DNA of 64,000 nt from Nitrospirales bacterium (GTDB lineage: Bacteria; Nitrospirota; Nitrospiria; Nitrospirales; UBA8639), in contig CBDCWC010000002.1 of NCBI GenBank assembly GCA_965223295.1, positions 1,280,001-1,344,000 of the forward strand, in the 5' to 3' direction. The number at the start of each line of letters is the position of its first letter. The first letter of the stretch is position 1. The position numbers and the translations under genes were made by a program. Positions 1 through 9,689 of the stretch are shown piece after piece. The notes under the pieces were generated by a model. That model was not told the DNA's origin. It saw nothing but the letters and a program-made list of their open reading frames with translations, and did no database searches.

Positions 1-97
1 CACTCTGCTCAACCACGCGTTCCACTTGTGGGGTGATATTCACAAACTCCCGCCGTGATTGTGTATGAAACCAGAGTTCTTCTCGATACGATTTCAT
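1..97 (-). CDS. yjbQ: YjbQ/UPF0047 family protein, 5' part only (runs off the window)
   Basis: Manual translation from ATG at 97: MKSYREELWFHTQSRREFVNITPQVERVVEQS, typical YjbQ N-terminus; AAAAGGA RBS upstream. Not in the ORF track. Confidence 0.8.
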   Translation of the reverse strand, partial: MKSYREELWFHTQSRREFVNITPQVERVVEQS

Positions 98-378
98 GGG
101 TATCCTTTTCTTCGAGTCTTTCAGCCGGAGCAGCCGTACTGGATTCTCGCTCACTGGAAACATCATTGCAAGTAGGAAGCTTTCATCTCGTTTTATCATT
201 CACATATAGAGAATATCAGATGGTTGGAGGTTTGACAGAACCGCCAAGTGGTGGTAATAAAGTTAACCATTAGGTTATTTCCCTACGACAGTAATTTTTA
301 CACCATTGCCAATACACTGACATATGCATGGGTCGCCATGCACATCGTGTCTTTCATTAGAAAAAGGAGGCAGGGCTC

Positions 379-888
379 ATGACAGCCACGCTTGGAAACC
401 TGTTTTCAGCAACACACCCGACAGGGGGTCACGTGCTGTTTGCCGAAGATTCCGATAAGGATTTAGATTTTGACGAAGGATTTGAAGAGGATGAACTCCA
501 CCAATCCAAACCACCTTCACGGCGACCTCTTATGTGGATTCTCATCCTTCTCTTGCTGGCAGGCGTTGCCTATTGGGTGCTCAATAATCCAACAGGACAA
601 ATGGGAAATTCTGGTTCCATGAATGCAGGAACAGACAGCTATTCAGCATCAACTGCCGAGACCATACAATCTCCTCTTTTCAGCGAAGATCAATTGGTGA
701 TACTTGTCGAAAAAGCCGTACTCATGGGAGATCCCGCCAATACTCTCCCTGGCCCTCTCGTACAAGCTGGCGATCAATTGACGATTCTTGATGGAAGTTA
801 TGAATCCCAAGGGTGGGTGTATTTGGTAAAAACAACCACGGGAAAAACAGGATGGATTCCCGGCGAGAAACTTAAGAGTCAGTCGTAA
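379..888 (+). CDS. Single-pass membrane protein with C-terminal bacterial SH3-like domain
   Basis: AGGAGG RBS; acidic N-terminus, TM segment PLMWILILLLLAGVAYWVL, C-terminal GWVYLVKTTTGKTGWIP SH3b-like signature. Confidence 0.7.
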   Translation: MTATLGNLFSATHPTGGHVLFAEDSDKDLDFDEGFEEDELHQSKPPSRRPLMWILILLLLAGVAYWVLNNPTGQMGNSGSMNAGTDSYSASTAETIQSPLFSEDQLVILVEKAVLMGDPANTLPGPLVQAGDQLTILDGSYESQGWVYLVKTTTGKTGWIPGEKLKSQS

Positions 889-1022
889 GGAAACGATAAA
901 GACTCAACACTCGAGTCCCATTCAAGCACCTAGTTGCTCTGACCTCAACCATCTTTTCATTCGACAATTCAGCCTACCACACACGACTTCTATCCAACTG
1001 ACAACCCACTCTATAACAGCGT

Positions 1023-1192
1023 GGGGCTGTTGAAAGAATCTACCAGCGATGTTCCCGGCCTTCGCCGTGGCGGCTTCGCGCAGGCAGGTCGTCATTTTTC
1101 TGTGCTCACGCAGTACCAGTAGCTCCGCGCGCAAAAATGCTATGGCCTTGCTGGATGAATTTTTTGGGACCGACCCGAAGCTTTTGATATCT
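1023..1192. mobile_element. MITE-like repeat family A, copy 1 (degenerate, with nested palindromic insert)
   Basis: GGGCTGTTGAAAGAA...TTTTTTGGGACCGACCC ends; core GTGCTCACGCAGTACCAGTAGCTCCGCGCGCAAAAATG shared with other copies; short remnant TTTGATATCT of the outer arm. Confidence 0.75.
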
Positions 1193-1314
1193 GATGGGAA
1201 CATAAGCAAATTTGCTTTTGGTGTTTTGTATTATTCAACACTCCCAGCATCGTCGTTCGACATTGAACCACTAGGAGCATCCTTGCTAGGGTGAAGTTGA
1301 GGGTTCATCGCATC

Positions 1315-2247
1315 ATGACCGTTTCAAATATCTCTTCGATTTCCAACCAGGATCCACAAACGCCAATGTCTCCGGACGACGCCCAACAACTCTGTACCGC
1401 TTATACAAAATCAAGTGGGAGTAATTTTTACTATTCGTTTCTGTTTCTCCCTCGTCAACGGCGGGAAGCCATGTATACCATTTATGCATTATGCCGAATG
1501 GTGGACAGTGCTGTGGATGACCCACCACCAGGGAGCAAGCCGCTAGAGGTCCTGGCAACTTGGCGAGAAGAAGTGTCCGCAGCCTACAAAGGTCAACCGA
1601 CCCTCCCCGCAACGATCAGTTTGGCTACACACCTGCAAGAGTTTGATATTCCCGAAGATTTAATTCAAGAACTTATCACAGGCGTCGAAATGGATTTAAC
1701 GATCAATCGCTACGAAACATTTTCGGATTTATACCCCTACTGTTACCGAGTGGCATCTGTGGTGGGATTAGTCTGTCTCAAAATTTTCAAAACAGAATCT
1801 CCCAAAGCGGAAGACTATGCTGAAAATTTGGGCATTGCTTTTCAACTTACGAATATGCTTCGCGACCTGTATAGCGATGCCCAAGAAAATCGCGTCTATC
1901 TGCCACAAGAAGACTTTCAGCGATTTGGTTATTCGGTCGAATCATTGCTCAACAAAGAATCATCTCCTGAACTCGTTGAATTCATGAAATTCCAATGTGC
2001 TCGAGCACACTCGTATTATCAGAAAGCCCAAGATGTCCTCAGCTCCCTCCCCGCCCCAGATCAAAAAGCGCTCGTTGTCGCGGAAATTATGCGAGGCGTT
2101 TACAGTACGATTCTTCACAAAATTGAGTCCCAAAACTATCCCATTTTTGGGCCCCGGACGCGAGTCTCGTCATTTCAACGTCTGGGCATTGCCTCAAACA
2201 TTTGGCTGCGCTCGTTGCTCACGCGACCTGTCGCCACATCCATGTGA
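1315..2247 (+). CDS. hpnD: Presqualene diphosphate synthase (squalene/phytoene synthase family)
   Basis: SGSNFYYSFLFLP, YALCRMVDSAVDD, YCYRVASVVG, LGIAFQLTNMLRD motifs; start uncertain (GTG 1291 or ATG 1315). Confidence 0.85.
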   Translation: MTVSNISSISNQDPQTPMSPDDAQQLCTAYTKSSGSNFYYSFLFLPRQRREAMYTIYALCRMVDSAVDDPPPGSKPLEVLATWREEVSAAYKGQPTLPATISLATHLQEFDIPEDLIQELITGVEMDLTINRYETFSDLYPYCYRVASVVGLVCLKIFKTESPKAEDYAENLGIAFQLTNMLRDLYSDAQENRVYLPQEDFQRFGYSVESLLNKESSPELVEFMKFQCARAHSYYQKAQDVLSSLPAPDQKALVVAEIMRGVYSTILHKIESQNYPIFGPRTRVSSFQRLGIASNIWLRSLLTRPVATSM

Positions 2248-3626
2248 CACGCCACGTTCTTCTACTCGGGAACAATCTCACCGGGCTGGTTACAGCCTAC
2301 CGGCTCGTCCACTATGGTTTTCGTGTCAGTATTATTGATACGCAATCTGATACTCCTTCCCGCATTCCCTCTAGACTCCGTCAAGAAGCAAAGAAACCAA
2401 GAGCAGCAGCACCTCTTTCTAGCCCTTACAACGACGGTTATCCTCTAATTTTGCACGGTTTTTATCAGGCCACATGGTCACTGCTACAGGAACTATGCTT
2501 TGAATGGCCATCACAGACTGCCCACGCTGTTTGTTTAGAATTTGGGAACCAGAACCTCGCAGAACCACGAATCCGGCTCCCCAAACCATCCCGGATAGCC
2601 TGGATGCATCCAATGAGGCCATTACTCTTCTTCAAAGGGCTTTCCTGGTCAGACCGCTGGAATATCATCAACCTCCTAGAAAAACAATGGGAAGAGAATC
2701 GCCTGACCGATTACCACCCTGATATCCAAAGCGCTGAAAGCTGGCTCATCGCCGCAAAACAGTCGGACCATAGTCGTACATACTTCTGGAATCCTTTGTG
2801 CCGGTTTTTTCTACATTGCAATCTCTCAGAAGCCTCCCTCAGTTCCTTCATTGAAGTCTTCTCGCGCTACTGGTTTGGGCAACCCATCGATGCTGCAACC
2901 TACCTGACGCTATACGAGACTTTGGAAAAACTGGAAACCCACCTACGGCAATGGCTCATCCACAAAGGAACTCGATTTCACATATCAACTGGAGCACTCA
3001 ATCTCCACACAAACAACGACGAGGTTCGAGCAATTGGGACAGCTGACGACAATCTTACGGCCTACGCCTATGTTTCAGCCCTGACCCCAAAGCATCTCTG
3101 TTCTCTACTCCCTGAACGCGCGTTGGCTCATTACGGGTATTTTTCCTCCTTAGCACACATACCAGAAGTTTATGGCTTAGCCGTTCGATTCACTGTCAAG
3201 AATACCCTTCTCCCTCCTCGGCTCATTCTTCACGCCGCTTCATTTGATTGGATTACCAGTCAACCAAATTCACAATCAGGTGAAGCTGAAACCATAATGA
3301 CCTGCGCCACACTTGAAGAACCTACTGTTCAACGTGATACCGAAGAACTCATCCACTATGCCTCGGCTTCTATAGAACATCTATTCAAACTGTCTCCAGG
3401 TCAAACCCTCGAATCCTCTCAACCTCAAATTATTCAGCATGCAGGTCCATTGTACCCATGCCAGCAAGGATCTCGAACCCATCGGCCCCTCCCCGAAACA
3501 CCCCTTTCCAATTTTTTTCTGGCTGGTCCTTGGACAGCTACCAGCCTTCCCGCTTCTATAGAAAGTACGATACAAAGCGCCAGCGCATGTGCACAGGCTG
3601 TGAGTTCAGCCTTCTACGGATCTTGA
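2244..3626 (+). CDS. hpnE: HpnE-like FAD-dependent oxidoreductase (hydroxysqualene dehydroxylase family), divergent
   Basis: GTG start overlaps hpnD stop (ATGTGA); C-terminal RPLPETPLSNFFLAGPWTATSLPASIESTIQS is HpnE/amine-oxidase-like; N-terminal Rossmann motif degenerate. Confidence 0.7.
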   Translation: MTRHVLLLGNNLTGLVTAYRLVHYGFRVSIIDTQSDTPSRIPSRLRQEAKKPRAAAPLSSPYNDGYPLILHGFYQATWSLLQELCFEWPSQTAHAVCLEFGNQNLAEPRIRLPKPSRIAWMHPMRPLLFFKGLSWSDRWNIINLLEKQWEENRLTDYHPDIQSAESWLIAAKQSDHSRTYFWNPLCRFFLHCNLSEASLSSFIEVFSRYWFGQPIDAATYLTLYETLEKLETHLRQWLIHKGTRFHISTGALNLHTNNDEVRAIGTADDNLTAYAYVSALTPKHLCSLLPERALAHYGYFSSLAHIPEVYGLAVRFTVKNTLLPPRLILHAASFDWITSQPNSQSGEAETIMTCATLEEPTVQRDTEELIHYASASIEHLFKLSPGQTLESSQPQIIQHAGPLYPCQQGSRTHRPLPETPLSNFFLAGPWTATSLPASIESTIQSASACAQAVSSAFYGS

Positions 3627-3628
3627 GA

Positions 3629-3657
3629 TTGACATCCTTCCTCCTCAAACTTAAGAT
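3629..3657 (+). promoter_or_regulatory. Sigma70-type promoter for the UDG gene
   Basis: TTGACA-N17-TAAGAT ending 8 nt before the ATG at 3666. Confidence 0.65.
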
Positions 3658-3665
3658 CCCTAGCT

Positions 3666-4322
3666 ATGGATTTAGCTCAACTCAAAACTTCTCTACACAA
3701 TTGCCAGCGCTGTCAGCTCTCCAAAGGCCGAACCCAAGTCGTCTTTGGGACTGGGAACCCGGAGGCCTCTATCATGTTCGTGGGAGAAGCTCCTGGATTT
3801 TACGAAGACCGCCAAGGCGAACCCTTTGTAGGCGCTGCAGGGAAATTACTCACAGAGCTCTTACAATCAATCGGGCTCGAACGGACCGACATCTTTATTG
3901 CCAACGTCATCAAATGCCGTCCACCCAACAATCGCGATCCCTTACCCGAAGAAATCGAGACCTGCAAACCTTTTCTCCTTCAGCAAATTGAACTCATTCA
4001 GCCGAAGCTCGTCTGCACCTTAGGCAATTTCGCCACTCAAACATTGTTGGAAAGAAAAGTCGGCATCACCAAAGTCCGTGGACAGGTCATTAAACTCGAA
4101 AAATTCGTCGTCTTTCCATTATTCCATCCTGCTGCCGCCCTCCACCAAGGCAACCTGCGCGTGCCCCTCAAAGAAGATTTCCAAAAACTCAAAAACGTCC
4201 TGGTAGACATGAGCAAAACCCCAACTCTCCCCAACACCTCCTCACCTCCAACACTTACCACCTCAAAAGAATCCTCCAAAGAAACCCCAGCCAATCCCCC
4301 AACCCAAATGAGTTTGTTTTAG
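3666..4322 (+). CDS. Uracil-DNA glycosylase, family 4 (Fe-S type)
   Basis: CQRCQL, VGEAPG, GEPFVGAAG, NVIKCRPPNNRDP and FHPAAAL motifs. Confidence 0.93.
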   Translation: MDLAQLKTSLHNCQRCQLSKGRTQVVFGTGNPEASIMFVGEAPGFYEDRQGEPFVGAAGKLLTELLQSIGLERTDIFIANVIKCRPPNNRDPLPEEIETCKPFLLQQIELIQPKLVCTLGNFATQTLLERKVGITKVRGQVIKLEKFVVFPLFHPAAALHQGNLRVPLKEDFQKLKNVLVDMSKTPTLPNTSSPPTLTTSKESSKETPANPPTQMSLF

Positions 4323-4531
4323 AAGAATACTTTCCAATAACAAGAGAACTCGCAAAGCATCGGAGCCACAAATTTTTCTTTGCGACTATCTGCGTAGTTC
4401 AAGTAGACCCACCTTCTGCGCCTCACAATTAATAATAAGTTTTTAGTGGTTTCTCTTTACATAAGACTACTTTCCGTTAAGAATAAAAAATATGCACCTA
4501 CGGAACCACACATCTCAACAATGGAGGTCAC

Positions 4532-4693
4532 ATGGACACAGGTTACCCCGCGCTCATCGCTGAACTCCCCGACAAAAAAAATAACTTAAAGATCCCCGCC
4601 GGCTCTCAGAATCCAGAGTCCAAAAATCTCCCAGCCACAAAAAATATCCCTGAAGAAACCAGCTCCCCTCCGACAACCAACACCCTTTCCTAA
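4532..4693 (+). CDS. Possible 53-aa small protein
   Basis: GGAGG four nt before ATG; MDTGYPALIAELPDKKNNLKIPAGSQNPESKNLPATKNIPEETSSPPTTNTLS; below ORF-track cutoff, no recognised family. Confidence 0.3.
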   Translation: MDTGYPALIAELPDKKNNLKIPAGSQNPESKNLPATKNIPEETSSPPTTNTLS

Positions 4694-4733
4694 AATCCTT
4701 TCGTTTCATTGCTCAACTTCAGAACCCCCTAAA

Positions 4734-4752
4734 AGGGGTCAGAATCGATTAA
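4734..4752. repeat. Solo arm of REP-like family B
   Basis: AGGGGTCAGAATCGATTAA, one mismatch to the arms at 9690 and 11135. Confidence 0.65.
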
Positions 4753-4889
4753 CCACTGTGCATTGCCACACATTGCCCCATTCATGACCCTTGTGGTGCA
4801 GATGCTCTCACCGATAACATGCAAACACCTCTCTATTGTTTTAGACAGACTATTGCACCTATGCCTCACACGCATCATGATTCCCTCCA

Positions 4890-5079
4890 GGGTCTGTTGA
4901 AAAAAGCCGCCAGCGACGTTCTCTCCATTTTTCCGTGCTCACGTAGGACCAGTAGGTTCCGCGCGCAAAAATGGCTGCGGCCTTGCTGGACGGACTTTTT
5001 AGAACCGACCCGATACTGTTGATCGCCAAGGGCTTTCTGAAGAAAAATGATCTTTGATATCTTCATTATTCAACGCTCC
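4890..5079. mobile_element. MITE-like repeat family A, copy 2
   Basis: GGGTCTGTTGAAAAAAGCC...GGACTTTTTAGAACCGACCC (4890-5011) plus outer arm ending TTTGATATCTTCATTATTCAACGCTCC. Confidence 0.85.
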
Positions 5080-5132
5080 CCTCCAATCTCTCATTTGTTC
5101 AATCTTGCATTCTTCGACCCATTTTCCCGATC

Positions 5133-7922
5133 ATGAAATTTCTGAAGTTTCTGGGCTGGTCAGCGGTTGGGCTTTTACTTCTCCTAGGATTAGCCTTTTG
5201 GTATCTCCCAATCTTGGCCAGTATGGCCATTACTCAGGGATTGACGAGCCAAGGATTTGAGAATGTCTCGGCGACTCTGGACTATCCCAGCACAACGACT
5301 CTGAAAATTCGTTCTCTCGCATTCGATTCGCCAACGAAATTCGGCTCAAATTCAATCCGCATTGAAAATACCGATATTACCTATTCTCTGGACTCTCTGT
5401 TGAACCGCATGGTGGAACGGGTGGAGATTGAACACATGGCAATTACTTGGGATTCTTCGCTACTGGAGGGAGATTCCTCCCAATCACCCTCGACAATCGA
5501 ATCTGATATTCCACTCGACTTGAGTAGCTTTGACTCTGGAATTCCGCTCCCAATCCTTCCCTTTCAGCATCTCCACATTCAACAAGCAGACATTTCTAAC
5601 CCTTTGGCACCGCCGGCGCTCAAAAAACTCTCACTCAATGCTACGATCGATGCGATAAAGGAAGGATATGAGGGAAACATGCGACTGAACGGAGAAGAGC
5701 TTCTGCTTAACTCCCTTTCTTTTTCACTGACCAAACAAGGTACGGTAGCTTTTCAGGGAACCCATACAAGCGCTCCAGAACACCGCCTTCTAGAATTAAA
5801 AACTTCGTTACATCAATCCAACTCGGGGCTAAGCCTTCAAGGCAAAACGCTTCTCAAGCTTCATCCTATTATTCACACGCTCTCCGCACTGCACCCACTT
5901 CCCCCACATTACCAAGACATCTCGGGAACCTTATCTGGGAAGTGGACAGGGGTAATCAATGAACAACCATCACCCACGGGTTCAGTCATCGGACCGATTC
6001 AGGGCAAGTTTTCCCTTGATGCTCAGGTACCTACTTGGCCCCCCTTTGCCCACAACATACAGCTTCAAACAAAAGGAACAGTGACTGTCACCAATGAACG
6101 TGCCATCCTGGCGGTTCAACCTTCATCCTCCGGCTCGGTTACCGTCGCAATGGGCTCTTTCATTCCGCCAGTGATCGACGCCTTCATCAGACATGACAAC
6201 CGCCGGTCCGTGGACTGGAACATTCGGAAACCCATTCATGTAGAGGTCCCGATACAGCAAAAGGTTGAGACGATCCGAATCTCCTCAGGAAACATTCACA
6301 TGGCCGTCAACAACGCCTCCGAACAATTGACCATGTTCCTTTCTCCCAAAGACCTTCTCTGGACCGCAACCAGCGGGGTTGCCGGCAAGGCTCATCTAAA
6401 GCTCAGTACCCAACTCACACCTGGTCCCACACCAACCTGGCACCCCGAAACACTGTTAATCGAGGCTGATGCTAGCATCATAGTATCGCCACAAGACATC
6501 ACTCTAGCTTTCAACTCCTCTTCTTATTTTCACTTTTCAGACATGAAACAGGAGAGCCTGTACGTCCCGACACTTGTTAGCCGCTTTCCAGAAGGGGCAT
6601 CTGCGACGTACCTGCTAGACAAGCGAATATTGACGGTGAGAACTGCCAGGTCAATTCTTTCTCTCCCGTCTGTTTTTATGAAAGATCAAGAATGGACCAT
6701 TCATAAAGTTTTCACCAAGGACCTTACCATCCAAAACACACCAGAGAGTTGGACCATCAATGGAAAGTCAGAGATAAAAAAAGTACATGTACCATTTGAC
6801 GCCATCAAAATCCCAGATTCAAATTGGCAAGCACGGTATTCAGTCAATCCCCAAACTTTGACGGCTTCCTTCAATGGACGAACACTTCAGCATCCCATAC
6901 GCATAGGTGGACAAGCCAAACTGAATCTTGAGAAAGAACAGGCCGTGATTGCAGTATCGATGAAGCCTCTTCTGTTGGCCCCAAAGACCCGAATTCTCAG
7001 CCAAATCATCCAGCCCTGGCCATTACGCGATATGGATGTCACTCACGGTACCATCTCGGCGTCTGCAAAAGTGTCCCTTGCCCAAAATCCAACTACCGCT
7101 GCCATCCCCTTTCACATCACACACCTGCATGGGATTCTCAACTTGAAAGACATCGGTGGATTTTTGAAACCCACTATCTTGGAAGGGTTTACGACGCGCA
7201 TTGAAGTTCTCGGCAACAATGATACATTCCATATTCCCCCCACCCCCCTACGCATACAACGCATTCTATCGGCCGTTGATTTGACCGACACCTCTTTTCT
7301 GCTGTCATCCGGAACTTTTCAGTTAGATTCTCCACCTTCGCTTTCTGTCAGCAATGTTTCCACGCATCTGCTAGGAGGAACCGTTGCCCTCTCGCAAGCC
7401 ACATACGATCCAGCACAGCCTGGTCAAAACTTAGCCTTAGAAGTCCAAGGGATGGATCTGAACGAGATACTCCTCCTGGAACAGCAAGAAACAGTAAAAG
7501 GCACAGGCACCCTTGACGGCCATCTACCCTTGTTTGTCTCTGGGACAGATGTAGAAATTCATGAAGGCACATTAACCGTCCGCCCACCAGGTGGTATCAT
7601 CCAGATGAACCTATCGGAAGACACAGCGGATAGTTGGTCCAAAAGCCAACCCCATTTAGATCTCATCGTCCAAAGCTTAGAAAATTTTCACTATTCCCAA
7701 TTGGACGTTGGTATCGATTACAACAAACATGGTATCCTGAAATTGGCAACGAAACTTAAAGGGAAAAATCCAGAATACCGCAATGGAGTGCCCATTCATT
7801 TCAACCTCAATATCGAAGAAGACATTCCCGCACTCTTGGAAAGCCTGTCACTCATCAAAAACCTGGAAGAAAAAATTGGCACAATGATGACAGGAGAAGA
7901 ACAATCATCAGAGGAACAGTAG
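5133..7922 (+). CDS. ydbH: YdbH-family intermembrane lipid transport (AsmA-like) protein
   Basis: N-terminal TM anchor, long beta-rich body, C-terminal GTGTLDGHLPL...PPGG...LENFHYSQL...PIHFNLNIEEDI; followed by ynbE and ydbL. Confidence 0.85.
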   Translation: MKFLKFLGWSAVGLLLLLGLAFWYLPILASMAITQGLTSQGFENVSATLDYPSTTTLKIRSLAFDSPTKFGSNSIRIENTDITYSLDSLLNRMVERVEIEHMAITWDSSLLEGDSSQSPSTIESDIPLDLSSFDSGIPLPILPFQHLHIQQADISNPLAPPALKKLSLNATIDAIKEGYEGNMRLNGEELLLNSLSFSLTKQGTVAFQGTHTSAPEHRLLELKTSLHQSNSGLSLQGKTLLKLHPIIHTLSALHPLPPHYQDISGTLSGKWTGVINEQPSPTGSVIGPIQGKFSLDAQVPTWPPFAHNIQLQTKGTVTVTNERAILAVQPSSSGSVTVAMGSFIPPVIDAFIRHDNRRSVDWNIRKPIHVEVPIQQKVETIRISSGNIHMAVNNASEQLTMFLSPKDLLWTATSGVAGKAHLKLSTQLTPGPTPTWHPETLLIEADASIIVSPQDITLAFNSSSYFHFSDMKQESLYVPTLVSRFPEGASATYLLDKRILTVRTARSILSLPSVFMKDQEWTIHKVFTKDLTIQNTPESWTINGKSEIKKVHVPFDAIKIPDSNWQARYSVNPQTLTASFNGRTLQHPIRIGGQAKLNLEKEQAVIAVSMKPLLLAPKTRILSQIIQPWPLRDMDVTHGTISASAKVSLAQNPTTAAIPFHITHLHGILNLKDIGGFLKPTILEGFTTRIEVLGNNDTFHIPPTPLRIQRILSAVDLTDTSFLLSSGTFQLDSPPSLSVSNVSTHLLGGTVALSQATYDPAQPGQNLALEVQGMDLNEILLLEQQETVKGTGTLDGHLPLFVSGTDVEIHEGTLTVRPPGGIIQMNLSEDTADSWSKSQPHLDLIVQSLENFHYSQLDVGIDYNKHGILKLATKLKGKNPEYRNGVPIHFNLNIEEDIPALLESLSLIKNLEEKIGTMMTGEEQSSEEQ

Positions 7923-7998
7923 TATCTCTGCTTCAGCGATCACCCGTGACAGAATGCCGTTCAAAGCCATCGTTATATACTGCAGACAAGGGGACTTT

Positions 7999-8220
7999 AT
8001 GATTCGACAATTTCAACCCAACCAGATATTTCGAAGCCTTGGAATCTTCCTTGTGGTTCTTTCAGCGGGGGTACTGCTAAATTGCACGCCTCGCGTAGAA
8101 GTGGCTGTGCCTGAAGAACCCATTACTGTCAACTTAAATGTCAAAATCGACCATGAAGTCCGTGTCAAAGTCGAAAAAGATTTAGACAATGTCTTTACCG
8201 ATCAAAGCGGACTCTTCTAA
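7999..8220 (+). CDS. ynbE: YnbE-family lipoprotein
   Basis: Lipobox LLNC then TPRVEVAVPEEPITVNLNVKIDHEVRVKVEKDLD, ending SGLF. Confidence 0.9.
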   Translation: MIRQFQPNQIFRSLGIFLVVLSAGVLLNCTPRVEVAVPEEPITVNLNVKIDHEVRVKVEKDLDNVFTDQSGLF

Positions 8221-8238
8221 AAAACACGAGGTATCATT

Positions 8239-8595
8239 ATGACTCCATCAACTTACAACCCAAGATTCTTTGGCATTGTCTTGTGCAGCCTACTGCTCGC
8301 TCTCACACCCCTCATTGCTTTTGGGCTCTCCCTTGACGAAGCTAAACAACAAGGCTTACTCGGAGAACGCCCTGACGGATACTTAGGTGTTGCTAATCCA
8401 TCTGCATCTGCTGAAGCCGTCGCACTCATGAAAGACATCAATCGAAAACGACGAGAAGTCTACAAAGGGATTGCCGAGAAAAACGGCACCGAACTTTCAG
8501 CAGTCGAAGCTCTGGCGGGGGAAAAAGCCATCAAAAAAACCCAATCCGGCCAAGCCATCATGCAACCCAACGGCACCTGGATACAGAAGCCTTAA
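8239..8595 (+). CDS. ydbL: YdbL (DUF1318) family protein
   Basis: Signal peptide then LSLDEAKQQGLLGERPDGYLG...INRKRREVY...GTW. Confidence 0.9.
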   Translation: MTPSTYNPRFFGIVLCSLLLALTPLIAFGLSLDEAKQQGLLGERPDGYLGVANPSASAEAVALMKDINRKRREVYKGIAEKNGTELSAVEALAGEKAIKKTQSGQAIMQPNGTWIQKP

Positions 8596-8751
8596 CCATA
8601 CCTAATCTCAGATTTATGTTGCTAACGACATAAGTAAAGAGGCTACTTAAAGCCATAGTGCCCTTATCTATATTCACTGAGAAGATACCTCAACTTCATA
8701 AACACAGAAAGACATCCATCCAGGGTTATAGAGACAAATCTCGTAAAGCTT

Positions 8752-8780
8752 AAAATAAGGGTCCTGACACCTTATTTTTT
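8752..8780. repeat. Short REP-like palindrome
   Basis: AAAATAAGGGTCCTGACACCTTATTTT imperfect inverted repeat; end resembles family B (TGACCCCTTA). Confidence 0.45.
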
Positions 8781-9055
8781 ATAAATTCACCTGTTTTTCA
8801 TTTGCATCGCCTGCAACACAATCACAACCATTGCTACATCCAAAGATTCGGCAAGCACCTATTTAAGCACAGCAAGTTGCGCCGCTATTGGATGCAGCAA
8901 GGCTCTTTCTATTTCACAAATCTACGCCGGGCGACAATAGTTTTGGGCCCTTTTGCCGAAACAAAAGGGCTTCGGCTGCTGGGCCGAAACCCAGCAAACA
9001 TTCAATTCCTAGGAAATTCTTTCCGACAAAGGTTACATCACTTTTTTCTACAGCC

Positions 9056-9610
9056 ATGAAAACTCCTACACCATCTTTCGAATTCCAGTTTTCCCTAACA
9101 ACGCAAGATTTTTGGGATTTCCAGCAGCTACTGCAAAAACGTTTAAATACTCCGCCATTAGGCCCAAGAATAAAAAATCTTCTGTTTTGGATTTTTCTAT
9201 GTTTCTTCTTGATTATTATAGCGGGAGGAGTAAAGGATATAGTGTTTAGCACCCCCCTATTAGTAGGGCTAGCTACAGGTCTATGCACATTTGTATTGTT
9301 CGCCAAATATACGCAGGCTTCATTTAAAAAAACATGCACTCCTATGCCTCACGGTATCATATTGAGTGAACGAAAGTTGCTTGTCACCGAGAGTGGCGTA
9401 ACACAAGAATGGAAAGAGGCCGAAGGTTGTATATCTTGGTCATTAATTGAAGATATCTACGAAAATGATACTCTTATTTTATTGAAAGTCGATTCAATTT
9501 TAGGCATTCCTATCCCCAATCGAGTTTTTTCTACAGACACAGAAAAACAAAAATTTCTTTCACGCATCAGAGAATTTTGGAAGCTACAACATCCTCAAAC
9601 CAAAACCTAA
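9056..9610 (+). CDS. YcxB-like membrane protein
   Basis: Two TM helices then ISWSLIEDIYEN...IPIPNRVF; ATG at 9056 preferred over TTG 8888. Confidence 0.7.
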   Translation: MKTPTPSFEFQFSLTTQDFWDFQQLLQKRLNTPPLGPRIKNLLFWIFLCFFLIIIAGGVKDIVFSTPLLVGLATGLCTFVLFAKYTQASFKKTCTPMPHGIILSERKLLVTESGVTQEWKEAEGCISWSLIEDIYENDTLILLKVDSILGIPIPNRVFSTDTEKQKFLSRIREFWKLQHPQTKT

Positions 9611-9689
9611 TGCTTATAATCCTTTTAGGTCACATGTGGCATAGTCAAAAGACTTGTTGAATCCAAAAAATTCAGCAAGCACTTGCTTA

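Noticed and set aside
922-1294. Two short ORFs (922-1209 minus, 1049-1294 plus)
   Set aside because: Both read through family A copy 1; repeat-derived.
3458-3991. 177-aa ORF bridging hpnE and UDG
   Set aside because: Alternate-frame overlap of two well-supported genes; no evidence of a frameshift.
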